From Bacteroides sp. (lineage in GTDB: Bacteria; Bacteroidota; Bacteroidia; Bacteroidales; Muribaculaceae): 64,000 bases of DNA. The DNA lies in NCBI GenBank assembly GCA_014802425.1, contig JAAVCH010000003.1:22372-86371 (forward strand), in the 5' to 3' direction. The position numbers and the translations under genes were made by a program. Positions within the stretch are counted from its first letter, which is position 1, and each line of letters begins with the position of its first letter. The notes beneath the pieces are model-generated. The model was not told the DNA's origin. It saw only the letters and a list, made by a program, of their open reading frames with translations, and made no database searches. Shown piece by piece: positions 35,439 through 46,355 of this stretch.

Positions 35439-38400
35439 ATGAACGTAAGAAAATATATCGGACTTCTGATTGTGGCGGTAATGGCGTCTCTCGCTTTTAT
35501 CGTTCCGGAGGCAGAAGCTGCACACGCTGCAAAGGTTAAGGCCAAAACCTCAAAGACGGCCACTTCGAAAAAGAAGAGGAATACGGCCAAGTCATCCGCC
35601 GGGGCTTCCAAAAAAAGAACCTCTTCGTCGAAAAAGGGCGCCACTGCGTCAAAGAAGAAAAATAATGCTTCAGGCACCTCCAAGAAGAAATCCTCTTCCA
35701 AGTCACGCACCCGCAAGTCGACCTCGGTAAAGCGGACTGTAGCACCCACTCCGGTGGAACGCCCTTCGGACGATCCGCTGACTCTTTCTGTCAATGCCGC
35801 CCTTCTTGAATGGCTTCCCAAAGAGATGAATCCCGGCGGACTTCGGGTAAACAGGGTCAATCCGAATATGCGTCAGGGCACTGTGGGGGTTTCCCTTAAT
35901 GAAAACTACACATATATGCCTGTGACACGGGACCTGATTTCCGACATGACTAAGGTGGTGCGTCGCACTCTCCCCGATTCTCTTTCCAATTTCAATATCA
36001 CGCTGAATGTCGGTGCCCGTAACCTGGCCTATTACATCAGCAAGATCGACAAGCTTCCAAGTCAATATCGTCAGAATGTGCCTTTTGTGACAGCCGTCAA
36101 TCCGTGGATACATCCGCGGAAAGGCATGGAGGGAGACATAATAGCCTTGTGGCATAGCCATGGCCGCTATTTTAAAGGAGGAGGATGGCAATGGCAGCGA
36201 GGATTCCTGTTTCAGTCGCTTGAGGATACGTACACCATGGGTTATGTGCTCCCCTTCCTTGTTCCGATGCTTGAGAATGCCGGGGCATATGTGATGCTTC
36301 CGCGCGAACGCGACATGAGCCGTCACGAAGTGATAGTCGACAACGACACCAACGAAGGCGGAATGCTTTTCTCCCAGACATCGTATGTGGAAAAGAATGG
36401 AACACGGAAATGGGTCACCGGCGAGGGCGATGGCTTCATCTATGACCTTCCTGATTTCCGTGATACGGAGAATCCGTTTGAGAACGGTACTTATCGTCAG
36501 GTGGAGACGGTGAGGAGCGGTAATCCTTCTGTCGCCGCATGGTATGCCGATATACCTGAAGATGGAGAGTACGCCGTGTATGTAAGTTACAAGAGTCTTC
36601 CCAATTCTACTGAGGACGCACGTTATACGGTCAATTATTCCGGCGGAAGCAAGGATTTCAAGGTCAACCAGACAATGGGTGGCGGTACCTGGATTTATCT
36701 CGGTACCTTCCCTCTTGAGGAGGGCTACAGTGACAAGGTGCCTGTCGTCACCCTTACCAATGTCTCGGACAAAGGGGGCCAGATCTTGACGGCTGATGCC
36801 GTAAAGATCGGCGGAGGCATGGGCAATATCGCCCGAAGTTCGAATCGGTCGGATATTTATTATGACCCCTCTACCCCGCTCTCTGAATCGGCGCTGGCTG
36901 CTGTGACAGTGGAAAATGACCAGGATGACGAGTCTATGGATGATTCGTATAGCGGCGATGACGAGGATGATGAGAACGATGCCGAGGATGAGGAAGAGGA
37001 TGAAGACATAGATGCGGCTTCCGCTCCGCTCCCCGCCTCTTCCCAGCCTGTAAGACCGTCGCGCATTCCCTCTTTCTCAACCTCCGGTATGCCCCGCTAT
37101 CTTGAAGGTGCAAGATACTGGCTGCATTGGGCAGGCTTCCCTGAGAAAGTCTACTCCCCTTTTCATGGTACCGATGATTATAAGGACGACTATACCTGCC
37201 GGGGACACTGGGTCAACTATCTTGCCGGCGGCTCCCGTGTCCTCCCCGGTAGAGAGGGACTTCGCATCCCGGTGGATATCTCATTTGCCTTGCATTCCGA
37301 TGCCGGCAAAAGAGCCGATGACACGACCGTAGGCACTCTGGGAATATATTATACCAACAACGGAGCCAATTATGTCGACGGCACTCCCCGTTCCAACTCC
37401 CGTAACCTTACCAATATGCTCATGACTCAGATCACGAGCGATATAAGGCGTACGTATGAACCGAACTGGACACGACGTTCCATGTGGGATAAATCCTATC
37501 TGGAGGCCCGTGTGGCGGAAGTACCCACGACCTTGATAGAGATTCTCAGTCACCAGAATTTCCGGGATATGCAGTATGGTCTGGATCCTAACTTCAGGTT
37601 CGTGGTATCAAGAGCCATCTACAAGGCGATGGCGCGTTTCGTATCCGAGCGCAAGGACCGCGAAGTGGTGATACAGCCCCTCCCCGTGAGGGAGTTTGCC
37701 ATCACTCCGCAAAAGGGTAAAAAACAGTTCCGTCTCAGCTGGATGCCCACTTACGATCCGCTCGAACCCACTGCCAATCCGAATAAGTACATTATCCTCG
37801 AACGTACTGAAGGCAACCTCGGATTCGTAAAAGTCGGCGAGACTGCTTCCACACACTTCGATGTCCGAGTGGAAGACGACCTTATCCACTCCTTCCGGGT
37901 AATAGCGGCAAATGAAGGTGGAGTGGCATTCCCGTCGGAAACCCTGTCCCTGAGGTATAATCCCTCCTCTCCCACCGTGATGGTTGTGAACGGTTTTGAC
38001 CGTGTGTCCGCACCCTCTCATTTCTCGGAGGACGGCCGTGCCGGATTCAATGCGGAGGATGATTTTGGAGTGGCCTATATAAGCGACGGTTCTTTCGCCG
38101 GATATCAGACAGAGTTCCGCCGTAACGCCGGAGAAGGTTTCGGTAGGTCGAATTCCAATGGCATCGGCAAGGTAATCGCAGGCAATTCCTTTGATTATCC
38201 TGCCGTACATGGGGATGGAATCGCTGATGCCGGTTACGGTTTCGTCAGTGCATCGGCAGCTGCTGTGGAAGCCGGGAAAGTCGAACTCTCCCACTATCCC
38301 GTTGTGGACCTGATTCTCGGCAAGCAGAAATGCACTGCCGTAGGGCGTGGCACAAGCGGTGTCAGATATCAGGCTCTACCTAACTCCCTTACGGCCGCTC

Positions 38401-38840
38401 TTGAAAAATATGTATTCGGTGGAGGATCCCTGATCGTGAGCGGAGCCTATGTGGTGTCTGACGCGACAGAAACGTCAGGCAACGAGGAGGCAAAGCAGTT
38501 TACCCGTGAAGTGCTCGGAGTGACTTATGACAGGACCGCTTCCCGTACACGTTCCGGAAAATTGTCGACCTATGGATCCGTACTGGGAAATTCCACCCTC
38601 TCATATTCCAATGACCTCAATAAGGCACAATATATAGTAGAAAAGCCTGACGCCCTACAGCCCGTTTACTCCGGAGCTGAAACAGTCCTCACTTTCTCGG
38701 ATACAGGCAGTGCGGCAGGTATCCTTTCCTCTTATGGAAAGGGTAAGACATTGACTCTCTCCGTGCCGATTGAATCGATAAAGGGGGATGACGAGCGCAA
38801 CTCCGCCATTGCCTCGTTCCTCCGAATGGTAAGCAAATGA
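35439..38840 (+). CDS. Secreted amidase_3-like protein with golvesin-like insert and FnIII-like domain (often labelled xanthan lyase)
   Basis: Signal peptide, K/S-rich linker, putative Zn/catalytic residues SHG...E...LHSDA...IEILSH, TWIYLGTF/ADAVK motifs, D/E-rich insert. Confidence 0.7.
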   Translation: MNVRKYIGLLIVAVMASLAFIVPEAEAAHAAKVKAKTSKTATSKKKRNTAKSSAGASKKRTSSSKKGATASKKKNNASGTSKKKSSSKSRTRKSTSVKRTVAPTPVERPSDDPLTLSVNAALLEWLPKEMNPGGLRVNRVNPNMRQGTVGVSLNENYTYMPVTRDLISDMTKVVRRTLPDSLSNFNITLNVGARNLAYYISKIDKLPSQYRQNVPFVTAVNPWIHPRKGMEGDIIALWHSHGRYFKGGGWQWQRGFLFQSLEDTYTMGYVLPFLVPMLENAGAYVMLPRERDMSRHEVIVDNDTNEGGMLFSQTSYVEKNGTRKWVTGEGDGFIYDLPDFRDTENPFENGTYRQVETVRSGNPSVAAWYADIPEDGEYAVYVSYKSLPNSTEDARYTVNYSGGSKDFKVNQTMGGGTWIYLGTFPLEEGYSDKVPVVTLTNVSDKGGQILTADAVKIGGGMGNIARSSNRSDIYYDPSTPLSESALAAVTVENDQDDESMDDSYSGDDEDDENDAEDEEEDEDIDAASAPLPASSQPVRPSRIPSFSTSGMPRYLEGARYWLHWAGFPEKVYSPFHGTDDYKDDYTCRGHWVNYLAGGSRVLPGREGLRIPVDISFALHSDAGKRADDTTVGTLGIYYTNNGANYVDGTPRSNSRNLTNMLMTQITSDIRRTYEPNWTRRSMWDKSYLEARVAEVPTTLIEILSHQNFRDMQYGLDPNFRFVVSRAIYKAMARFVSERKDREVVIQPLPVREFAITPQKGKKQFRLSWMPTYDPLEPTANPNKYIILERTEGNLGFVKVGETASTHFDVRVEDDLIHSFRVIAANEGGVAFPSETLSLRYNPSSPTVMVVNGFDRVSAPSHFSEDGRAGFNAEDDFGVAYISDGSFAGYQTEFRRNAGEGFGRSNSNGIGKVIAGNSFDYPAVHGDGIADAGYGFVSASAAAVEAGKVELSHYPVVDLILGKQKCTAVGRGTSGVRYQALPNSLTAALEKYVFGGGSLIVSGAYVVSDATETSGNEEAKQFTREVLGVTYDRTASRTRSGKLSTYGSVLGNSTLSYSNDLNKAQYIVEKPDALQPVYSGAETVLTFSDTGSAAGILSSYGKGKTLTLSVPIESIKGDDERNSAIASFLRMVSK

Positions 38841-38917
38841 TAGAATGACCGTGAGTCCGGTATGCCCTCTGCAGTGCATTCAGGACTCTTCGGATAAACT
38901 GGATAAATCAAAGGATA

Positions 38918-40387
38918 ATGGAACTATATAGATTCACCACGGTGGAGGACCTGCGGGAAAAAATCTTCCGCACTCCGCTTGAACAATATATTTTGGTGGC
39001 TGTCACCGACCGTGAGGTGACACTGTATCCCGACGCAGTACACCGAATGCGTCAGGTGGCTGACGACACGGATGTATCGATGGTCTATGCATGGTATCGC
39101 GAAATAAACGACGACGGCACGAAACTCAATCATCCTCTGACTCAATATGTGCCCGGTTCGCTGCGTGACGATTTTGATTTCGGTTCGGTTGTACTCATGA
39201 ATGCCGCCGATGTGCTCTCTGCCACCGAGGATTTCGATGAAGAGGAATCATCCTATCTTGACGGAGGATGGTATGCCATGAGGCTCCGGCTTAGCCAAGG
39301 CAGATTTTTTGAGATGATCCCCGAATATCTCTATGATACTCGTCGCGTGGATTACCGGAAAAGCGGCGAGCGTCAGCATGATTATGTCAATCCGAGCAAT
39401 GCCGACTATCAGGCCGATATGGAGATTGCTCTGCGTTATCATCTTATGGAGATTGACGGCCTGAGCCGCCAGAACAAGATTCATCTGAAATTTCCGGAGT
39501 CGCTTGACGAAGGGGAGGTAATGGCCTCCGTTGTTATTCCCGTTAGGAATCGGGTGCGGACCGTGCGTGACGCCGTGGAATCAGCGCTCGGCCAGAAGAC
39601 GGATTTCAGTTTTAACGTTATCGTTGTGGATAATGATTCGACCGACGGCACACGCGAACTCCTCGAAGGTATCGATGATCCACGTTTCCATCTTATCAGG
39701 GTTTCGAAAGAGGAGGAACTCGGAATAGGCGGATGCTGGAACCGGGCTATACTTTCTGAATTTTGCGGACGATATGTCGTGCAGCTTGACTCTGACGACA
39801 TCTATGCCACCGACATGACCCTGACCACGATAATCGATAAGTTTGCCGAGGGGAACTACGCGGCTGTGGTGGGAAGCTATTTCCTGACCGACTTTGATCT
39901 TCGTCCCCTCCCTCCGGGACTTATCGCCCATAAGGAGTGGACGGATGATTTCGGACCTGAAAACGGATTGCGTATCAACGGATTCGGAGCACCCCGTGCG
40001 TTTGCCCGCAATGTTGTCAGAAAGATACTGTTCCCCAACGTAAGTTATGGAGAGGATTACGCAATGATGCTCCGTATCACGCGTGAATATGCGGTAGGCC
40101 GAATTTTTGACGGCCTATACTATTGCCGCAGATGGGAAGGAAATTCCGATGCTGCCCTTTCAGTAGAGGCTGTCAATGCCCATAACGCATATAAGGATTT
40201 CTTACGTACGAATGAGTTGATTGCCAGAATCACCGCCAACCGGCGTGAGGAAGAGGAGAATTTCAATGAGATGCGTAGACTCGGTCTCATTTCACCGGAT
40301 CCGGACTTCCGTCACGATGACGATGACGAAGATTTTGACGATGATGAATACTTTGATGAAGAGGAGGACGAGGAGGATATCGATTGA
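38918..40387 (+). CDS. Glycosyltransferase family 2
   Basis: [28 protein letters not shown]; acidic tail. Confidence 0.9.
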   Translation: MELYRFTTVEDLREKIFRTPLEQYILVAVTDREVTLYPDAVHRMRQVADDTDVSMVYAWYREINDDGTKLNHPLTQYVPGSLRDDFDFGSVVLMNAADVLSATEDFDEEESSYLDGGWYAMRLRLSQGRFFEMIPEYLYDTRRVDYRKSGERQHDYVNPSNADYQADMEIALRYHLMEIDGLSRQNKIHLKFPESLDEGEVMASVVIPVRNRVRTVRDAVESALGQKTDFSFNVIVVDNDSTDGTRELLEGIDDPRFHLIRVSKEEELGIGGCWNRAILSEFCGRYVVQLDSDDIYATDMTLTTIIDKFAEGNYAAVVGSYFLTDFDLRPLPPGLIAHKEWTDDFGPENGLRINGFGAPRAFARNVVRKILFPNVSYGEDYAMMLRITREYAVGRIFDGLYYCRRWEGNSDAALSVEAVNAHNAYKDFLRTNELIARITANRREEEENFNEMRRLGLISPDPDFRHDDDDEDFDDDEYFDEEEDEEDID

Positions 40388-40389
40388 TC

Positions 40390-41256
40390 ATGCTTGACAG
40401 ATTAGGTGAATTCCGCGACAGCCAACTGACCCTATGGCCGGAGGCAAAAAAGAATTATGATGCTCTGGAAAGAGTGGAACGCAAGGCTTTTACTTTCGGC
40501 CCTTTCACATGCTATGCGCAGATGAATCCGGCGAGGAAGGTATCGACCGGCGCCAGAATCGACGCCAAGGCTATAGCGGCACGTCCGTGTTTCCTATGCA
40601 GGAAAAACCGTCCGGATGTTCAGGAGGCTGAGCCCATACTCGACGGCTGGGAGTTTCTGGTAAATCCGTTTCCCATATTTCCACTGCATTTTACGATTGC
40701 ATCCGTCAATCATATCCCACAGGGTGGGATACCCCTTGAGATGGCTTCGATGGCTGAGCGTCTTCCGGGAATGACGGTTTTCTTCAATGGCGCCCGCGCA
40801 GGAGCTTCTGCCCCTGACCATCTTCACTGTCAGGCGGTGGCTACTCTTGAATTGCCGTTGATGAGGTATCTTGAGGAGGGTGGTGATCCTGCGGAATTGC
40901 CTTTTAAGGTGGCCTACCGTGTTGTCACTCCCGATTTAGTGGGTATGAAATATCTGGCGGAACTTAAGGATTATTGCGGAATAGACGCAGCCACTTCGCT
41001 TGCCGATGCAGGCCTCGTGAATGCATTTATGTGGATCGGGGGGGATGGGCTGTTGCGTTATGCCGTAGTGCCCCGTCGGCGTCATCGGCCTTTATGTTAC
41101 TCTGCAGATGGACTTGAGGGCTTCATGATCAGTCCCGGCGCCATCGACATGGCCGGTGTCATGGTAGTGCCTCGAGAGGAAGACTTCCGGCGGTTGACGG
41201 CGGATGATGTGACGGCCATACATGCGGATGTGGCTTTGCCCTCCGGTCCACTTTGA
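40390..41256 (+). CDS. DUF4922 family protein (HxHxQ nucleotide phosphorylase-like)
   Basis: NPAR, RPCFLC, VNPFPI, GASAPDHLHCQ. Confidence 0.8.
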   Translation: MLDRLGEFRDSQLTLWPEAKKNYDALERVERKAFTFGPFTCYAQMNPARKVSTGARIDAKAIAARPCFLCRKNRPDVQEAEPILDGWEFLVNPFPIFPLHFTIASVNHIPQGGIPLEMASMAERLPGMTVFFNGARAGASAPDHLHCQAVATLELPLMRYLEEGGDPAELPFKVAYRVVTPDLVGMKYLAELKDYCGIDAATSLADAGLVNAFMWIGGDGLLRYAVVPRRRHRPLCYSADGLEGFMISPGAIDMAGVMVVPREEDFRRLTADDVTAIHADVALPSGPL

Positions 41257-41269
41257 ATTTTTTGACATC

Positions 41270-42574
41270 ATGAATAAGACAAACAAGGTTTGCTCTCCGT
41301 GGAGTTGGATTCCGACGCTTTACATTGCCGAGGGGCTTCCTTATTTTGCTGTCAACACGCTGACGGTGCTTATGTACACCAATCTTGGAATATCCAAAGG
41401 TGAAATGGCGTTTCTAACGGGCTGGCTGTATCTTCCCTGGGTGATAAAACCTTTCTGGAGTCCGTTCGTGGATATGTTTTCCACAAAACGCAGGTGGATT
41501 CTCGCCATGCAGGCCTTGATATGCCTGAGCATGGGATGTGTGGCCCTGGCTCTACCCTTTTCAGGATTTCTCTTGACCACCCTCATTGCTTTCTGGATAA
41601 TGGCGTTTGCTTCGGCCACCCACGACATAGCGGCCGATGGCCTTTATATCCTTGCCCTTGACCCCGAACGTCAGGCTGCGTTTGTAGGTGTGCGCTCCAC
41701 TTTCTATCGTATAGCGAGTGTCCTCGGGCAAGGGGGCATTGTGATATTCGCCGGTTGGCTTGAAGTTTCACTCGGCGACATTCCCAAGGCTTGGGGACTG
41801 ACATTCGGATCCCTTTCCCTGTTGTTTCTGCTTTTTTATCTTTACCATATTTTCTTTCTTCCCAAGGTGGCGGCCGATAAATCGATGCCCGGGAGGTCAG
41901 GTTCGGGAGTAGCCAGGGAGTTCCTTGACACTTTCATCACTTTTTTCCGGAAGGGACACATCATAGTGGCGTTATCCTTCATGCTCTTATATCGTCTTCC
42001 GGAAGCACTGTGCCTTAAACTCGTGCAGCCATTCCTTCATGACCCGATTGAAGCCGGTGGACTTGGAATGAGTACCGCTTCGATTGGCTTTGCCAACGGC
42101 ACGGTGGGTGTGGTCTGTCTGCTCGCTGGGGGTATTCTCGGAGGTATACTGATATCGCGTATCGGATTGAGAAAGAGTCTTCTGCCTATGGCCGCCTCGC
42201 TTACTCTCCCGTGTCTGGCGTATTGCTATCTCTCTGCGGTGCAGCCTGCGTCGCTGACGCTTATTTCAATTCTGATCGGGTTTGAGCAGCTGGGTTACGG
42301 CTTCGGATTCACTTCATTCATGATGTATCTCATGTATTTCTGTAGAGGTGAAAACACTACCTCTCATTATGCCTTCTGCACAGCCTTCATGGCTCTCGGC
42401 ATGATGATGCCCGGAATGTTCGCGGGCTGGATTTTCGAATCGCTTGATAGTGCCGGGCCACTTTTGGGAGGACTCTCGGCATATGAGGCGTTTTTCTGGC
42501 TTATAATGTTGTTGGCCTCCGTCACCTTTGCAGTGACTTTTCTTGTGCGTAAGACACTGCCGGAAAATTTGTAG
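41270..42574 (+). CDS. AmpG-like MFS transporter
   Basis: AEGLP, LPWVIKPFWSPFVD, SATHDIAADG motifs; about 12 TM. Confidence 0.85.
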   Translation: MNKTNKVCSPWSWIPTLYIAEGLPYFAVNTLTVLMYTNLGISKGEMAFLTGWLYLPWVIKPFWSPFVDMFSTKRRWILAMQALICLSMGCVALALPFSGFLLTTLIAFWIMAFASATHDIAADGLYILALDPERQAAFVGVRSTFYRIASVLGQGGIVIFAGWLEVSLGDIPKAWGLTFGSLSLLFLLFYLYHIFFLPKVAADKSMPGRSGSGVAREFLDTFITFFRKGHIIVALSFMLLYRLPEALCLKLVQPFLHDPIEAGGLGMSTASIGFANGTVGVVCLLAGGILGGILISRIGLRKSLLPMAASLTLPCLAYCYLSAVQPASLTLISILIGFEQLGYGFGFTSFMMYLMYFCRGENTTSHYAFCTAFMALGMMMPGMFAGWIFESLDSAGPLLGGLSAYEAFFWLIMLLASVTFAVTFLVRKTLPENL

Positions 42575-42605
42575 TCTGCCCTAAAATTTAGTAACTTTGT
42601 AAATT

Positions 42606-43187
42606 ATGTACACAGCATCTGAAAAAAAGAGAGAGAATATCGCAGAGTACATTCTGTACATGTGGCAGATAGAGGATTTGATTCGCGCCTATCAGCTTGA
42701 TATGGAAAGAATAGACCGCGAAATTATTGAAAAATACTCCAATCTGAGTGAGCAGCAGCGTCGTGACCTTCATGACTGGTATGAATCGCTGATTGACATG
42801 ATGCGCCGGGAGGGTGTCGAGAAAAAGGGGCATCTTCAGCTCAACAGGAATGTGATTCTGGATCTTGATTCCCTACATCGACGTCTACTTGCGGATGAAA
42901 AGTTTGCCAAATACTCAGCGGAGTTTTACCGCACACTTCCCTATATCGTGGAGCTCCGCAGTAAATCAGGTGAGGAAAAGGCCGGAGAGATAGAGACCTG
43001 TCTTAATGCTCTGTACGGCATCCTGATGCTCCGCCTGCAGGGTAAGGAAATCTCCAAGGAGACGCTTGATGCCGTCAGGCAGATTTCTGCCTTTATGGCG
43101 ATGCTTGCCCACTACTACAAGAGAGACTACAACAATGAATTATTTAACGATGACGAGCCGGTGTCCGGCACGGAATCAGCCCATTAA
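42606..43187 (+). CDS. DUF4924 family protein
   Basis: ENIAEYILYMWQIEDLIRA N-terminus. Confidence 0.75.
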   Translation: MYTASEKKRENIAEYILYMWQIEDLIRAYQLDMERIDREIIEKYSNLSEQQRRDLHDWYESLIDMMRREGVEKKGHLQLNRNVILDLDSLHRRLLADEKFAKYSAEFYRTLPYIVELRSKSGEEKAGEIETCLNALYGILMLRLQGKEISKETLDAVRQISAFMAMLAHYYKRDYNNELFNDDEPVSGTESAH

Positions 43188-43202
43188 TTCAGCAGACCAG
43201 AT

Positions 43203-44786
43203 ATGTCAGACGAACTGAATAAGGAAATCGCCCGCCGGCGTACCTTCGCCATCATCTCGCATCCGGATGCCGGTAAAACCACACTCACTGAGAAGCTTCT
43301 GCTTTTTGGTGGTGCCATTCATGTGGCAGGAGCAGTAAAAAGTAATAAAATCAAGAAGACCGCCACTTCCGACTGGATGGAGATTGAGAAGCAAAGGGGC
43401 ATTTCAGTCGCCACATCGGTCATGGGCTTCAACTACGGGGATTATAAGGTAAACATTCTTGACACACCCGGTCACCAAGATTTCGCTGAAGATACATTCC
43501 GTACGCTTACGGCTGTGGACTCCGTTATAATCGTTGTGGATGTGGCTAAGGGTGTGGAGACCCAAACCCGTAGACTGATGGAAGTCTGCCGTATGCGGAA
43601 GACTCCCGTCATAGTCTTTGTAAATAAGCTTGACCGCGAGGGACGAGACCCTTTCGATATTCTTGACGAACTTGAGTCGGAACTGAAGATAAATGTACGT
43701 CCCCTTACCTGGCCGATCAACATCGGTGCGAAGTTCAAGGGTGTCTACAACCTTTACGAACATGGCCTTGACCTCTTTACCCCTTCCAAGCAGACGATAA
43801 GCGAGCGCGTGGAGATTTCCGATGTGAATTCTCCTGAACTTGACCGGCTTGTGGGTGAGGCAGATGCATCCAAACTCCGTGAGGACCTTGAACTGATTGA
43901 AGGTGTGTACCCGGAATTCGATGAGCAGGCTTATCTGGATGGTGAGGTGGCTCCTGTATTCTTTGGATCAGCCCTCAATACATTCGGTGTCAAGGAGCTC
44001 CTTGATTGTTTTGTGAAGATCGCCCCTGCTCCGCGCCCCATTGTCGCTGTGGAAAGGGAGGTGCGTCCTGAAGAAGAACCCTTCACCGGGTTTGTGTTCA
44101 AGATCCATGCCAACATGGATCCGAATCACCGCTCCTGCATTGCCTTCGTCAAGGTCTGCTCCGGAAAATTCGAACGCAACGTCAACTACCTGCATGTCCG
44201 CAACGGAAAGCAGATGCGTTTTGCCGCTCCTACGGCCTTCATGGCCCAAAAGAAGAGTATTGTCGATGAGGCTTTTCCCGGTGACATAGTTGGTATTCCC
44301 GATACCGGCAACTTTAAAATCGGAGATACGCTCACTTCAGGAGAGAACCTTCATTTCAAGGGTCTCCCCTCGTTCTCCCCGGAACTTTTCAAATACATCG
44401 AGAATGCCGATCCCATGAAGGCCAAGCAGCTTGACAAGGGAATACGGCAGCTGATGGACGAAGGGGTGGCGCAGATGTTTACTAACCAGTTCAACGGCCG
44501 TAAGATTATCGGTACCGTAGGTCAGCTTCAGTTTGAAGTGATACAGTACCGTCTGCTGCATGAATATGGAGCGCAATGTCGTTGGGAACCGATCAGTCTA
44601 TATAAGGCGTGCTGGATAGAGAGCGACGACCCTGAGGCCCTCGCCGCATTTAAAAAGCGTAAACATCAGTTTATGGCCACCGATAAGGAAGGACGCGATG
44701 TCTTCCTTGCTGACTCAAACTATGTTCTTCAGATGGCCCAGGCCGATTTCCCCAAGATAAAATTCCATTTCTCAAGCGAATATTGA
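43203..44786 (+). CDS. prfC: Peptide chain release factor 3
   Basis: [41 protein letters not shown]. Confidence 0.97.
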   Translation: MSDELNKEIARRRTFAIISHPDAGKTTLTEKLLLFGGAIHVAGAVKSNKIKKTATSDWMEIEKQRGISVATSVMGFNYGDYKVNILDTPGHQDFAEDTFRTLTAVDSVIIVVDVAKGVETQTRRLMEVCRMRKTPVIVFVNKLDREGRDPFDILDELESELKINVRPLTWPINIGAKFKGVYNLYEHGLDLFTPSKQTISERVEISDVNSPELDRLVGEADASKLREDLELIEGVYPEFDEQAYLDGEVAPVFFGSALNTFGVKELLDCFVKIAPAPRPIVAVEREVRPEEEPFTGFVFKIHANMDPNHRSCIAFVKVCSGKFERNVNYLHVRNGKQMRFAAPTAFMAQKKSIVDEAFPGDIVGIPDTGNFKIGDTLTSGENLHFKGLPSFSPELFKYIENADPMKAKQLDKGIRQLMDEGVAQMFTNQFNGRKIIGTVGQLQFEVIQYRLLHEYGAQCRWEPISLYKACWIESDDPEALAAFKKRKHQFMATDKEGRDVFLADSNYVLQMAQADFPKIKFHFSSEY

Positions 44787-44829
44787 AGGGGATTTCTTGA
44801 AGAGCGTCAGGGAGCGTAAAGGTATTGTA

Positions 44830-44879
44830 AACGCGCCATAACCGCACAGTATCTCAGGTGCTTGCGGTTATGGCGCGTT
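44830..44879 (+). terminator. 17-bp hairpin after prfC (terminator and/or att-flanking palindrome)
   Basis: AACGCGCCATAACCGCA / TGCGGTTATGGCGCGTT followed by T-rich sequence. Confidence 0.65.
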
Positions 44880-44924
44880 CGGTTCTTTCTTCGGAATGTG
44901 TGCGGTTATATGGAGTATTTATGC

Positions 44925-44978
44925 TATATTTGCGGTGCGGTTTTGTTGCGCGCTGAAATACGCGCAACAGGCGCAACA
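44925..44978 (+). promoter_or_regulatory. Integrase promoter -7 box and probable arm-type sites
   Basis: TATATTTG at 44925-44932; GCGCAACA twice direct and once inverted within 44944-44978. Confidence 0.5.
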
Positions 44979-44992
44979 AGTATGGTGATAAT

Positions 44993-46132
44993 GTGATGAA
45001 GACTATGAAGAAGAAAGAAATGGTGTATCTCCGGCGCAGGCCGAGGAGTAACGGCACGGAGGCGCTTTATCTCGACATCTGCCGGGACGGTAAGCGGGTG
45101 AATGAATATCTGAGACTGTATCTTGTGCCGGAGAAGACGAGGGCGGATAAGGCCCGGAACAGGGAGACGCTTAAGCTGGCCGAGGCGATGCGGGCAAAGC
45201 GGGTGGTGGAGCTGCAGTCGAGGGATTTCGGGGTGGAGGCGAAGGTGAGCGGTGAGGTGCGGTTTATGGATTTGATGCGCCGGATAGTGGACCGCAAGGA
45301 GGGGACGACGAAGGCGAGCTGGAAGAATTGTATGGCGCATGTGCTGAGGTATGAACGGAATGAGGAGCTGACGTTCGCGGAGATTACTCCGAGGTGGGTG
45401 AGGGGGTTCCGGGATTATCTGGATCGGCAGGCGAAGGCGTGGGATATCGACGGGAGGAAGCGGAAGGTGTCTCCGAAGCCACTTTCGGAGGGGACGAAGG
45501 CGCTGATGTTTCAGAAATTCTGTTCGGTATTCAATGTGGCGATGAGGGAGGGGATCATCCAGGTGAATCCTACGTTGGGTATGGAGAGGTTCAAGGAGCC
45601 GGAGTCGGAGCGTGAGTTTCTGACACTGGAGGAGCTGAGGGTGCTCCGGCGGACGCCTGCGCCGAGTGAGGCGCTGGCCAGGGCGTTTTTCTTTTCGTGC
45701 CTGACGGGTCTGCGGTGGAGCGATATCGTTAAGCTGCGGTGGAGCGAGGTGCGGGAGTTTAACGGGGTCACGCGGATAGTGTTCACGCAGCAGAAGACGC
45801 GGAATCTGGAGTATCTGGATCTGAATTCTCAGGCGGTGGAACTGCTGGGTGAGCGCAAGCGGGGTGATGAGGAGGTTTTCAAGGGGCTGGGGCCTTTGCA
45901 GTCGGCGCGGATCAGCGTGACGGCATGGGTGCGCAGCGCGGGAATCGACAAGCACATCACCTTCCACTGTGCCCGGCATACGTTCGCCGTGATGATGCTG
46001 TCGCTGGGGGTGGACATTTATACACTGTCAAAGCTTCTCGGGCATAAGAGCATCGAGACGACTCAAATCTACGCGAAGATCCTCGACAAGAACAAGAAGG
46101 CTGCCGTGGAGTTGATTCCGAGGATTCTTTGA
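44993..46132 (+). CDS. int: Tyrosine recombinase (phage integrase)
   Basis: N-terminal arm-binding LYLDI..DGKR..EYL; catalytic TGLRWSD, QQKT, HCARHT, LGH, TQIY. Confidence 0.96.
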   Translation: MMKTMKKKEMVYLRRRPRSNGTEALYLDICRDGKRVNEYLRLYLVPEKTRADKARNRETLKLAEAMRAKRVVELQSRDFGVEAKVSGEVRFMDLMRRIVDRKEGTTKASWKNCMAHVLRYERNEELTFAEITPRWVRGFRDYLDRQAKAWDIDGRKRKVSPKPLSEGTKALMFQKFCSVFNVAMREGIIQVNPTLGMERFKEPESEREFLTLEELRVLRRTPAPSEALARAFFFSCLTGLRWSDIVKLRWSEVREFNGVTRIVFTQQKTRNLEYLDLNSQAVELLGERKRGDEEVFKGLGPLQSARISVTAWVRSAGIDKHITFHCARHTFAVMMLSLGVDIYTLSKLLGHKSIETTQIYAKILDKNKKAAVELIPRIL

Positions 46133-46184
46133 GAGGACCCGTCGAGGCGTCAGCCCCCTTTGGCTGAATCCGAGGAGACCGGAC

Positions 46185-46228
46185 AATGAAGCGACCGCCG
46201 GAACGGAAGTTCCGGCGGTCGCTTCATT
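46185..46228. terminator. Perfect 20-bp hairpin between int and the convergent accessory genes
   Basis: AATGAAGCGACCGCCGGAAC-GGAA-GTTCCGGCGGTCGCTTCATT. Confidence 0.8.
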
Positions 46229-46230
46229 TA

Positions 46231-46272
46231 GTCGGGGTGACAAGATCCGAACTTGCCCCCCCCCCCCAGACG
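46231..46272 (-). pseudogene. Degenerate 3' half of a tRNA-Pro(GGG) gene (att-like relic)
   Basis: Minus strand CGTCT-G12-CAAG-TTCGGAT-CTTGT-CACCCCG-AC: anticodon-loop remnant, T arm, Pro-type acceptor 3' strand; no 5' half. Confidence 0.65.
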
Positions 46273-46355
46273 TCCGGATTTCTGCCGAAATATCAGATAG
46301 TTAGATGTCGGTTTTGTCGGATGCACTTGCAAGACGGCAATTCAATGGAGCCTAC

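Noticed and set aside
46256-46267. Poly-C12 as a phase-variation tract
   Set aside because: Not inside a CDS or promoter spacer; lies within the tRNA relic and may be slippage or sequencing error.
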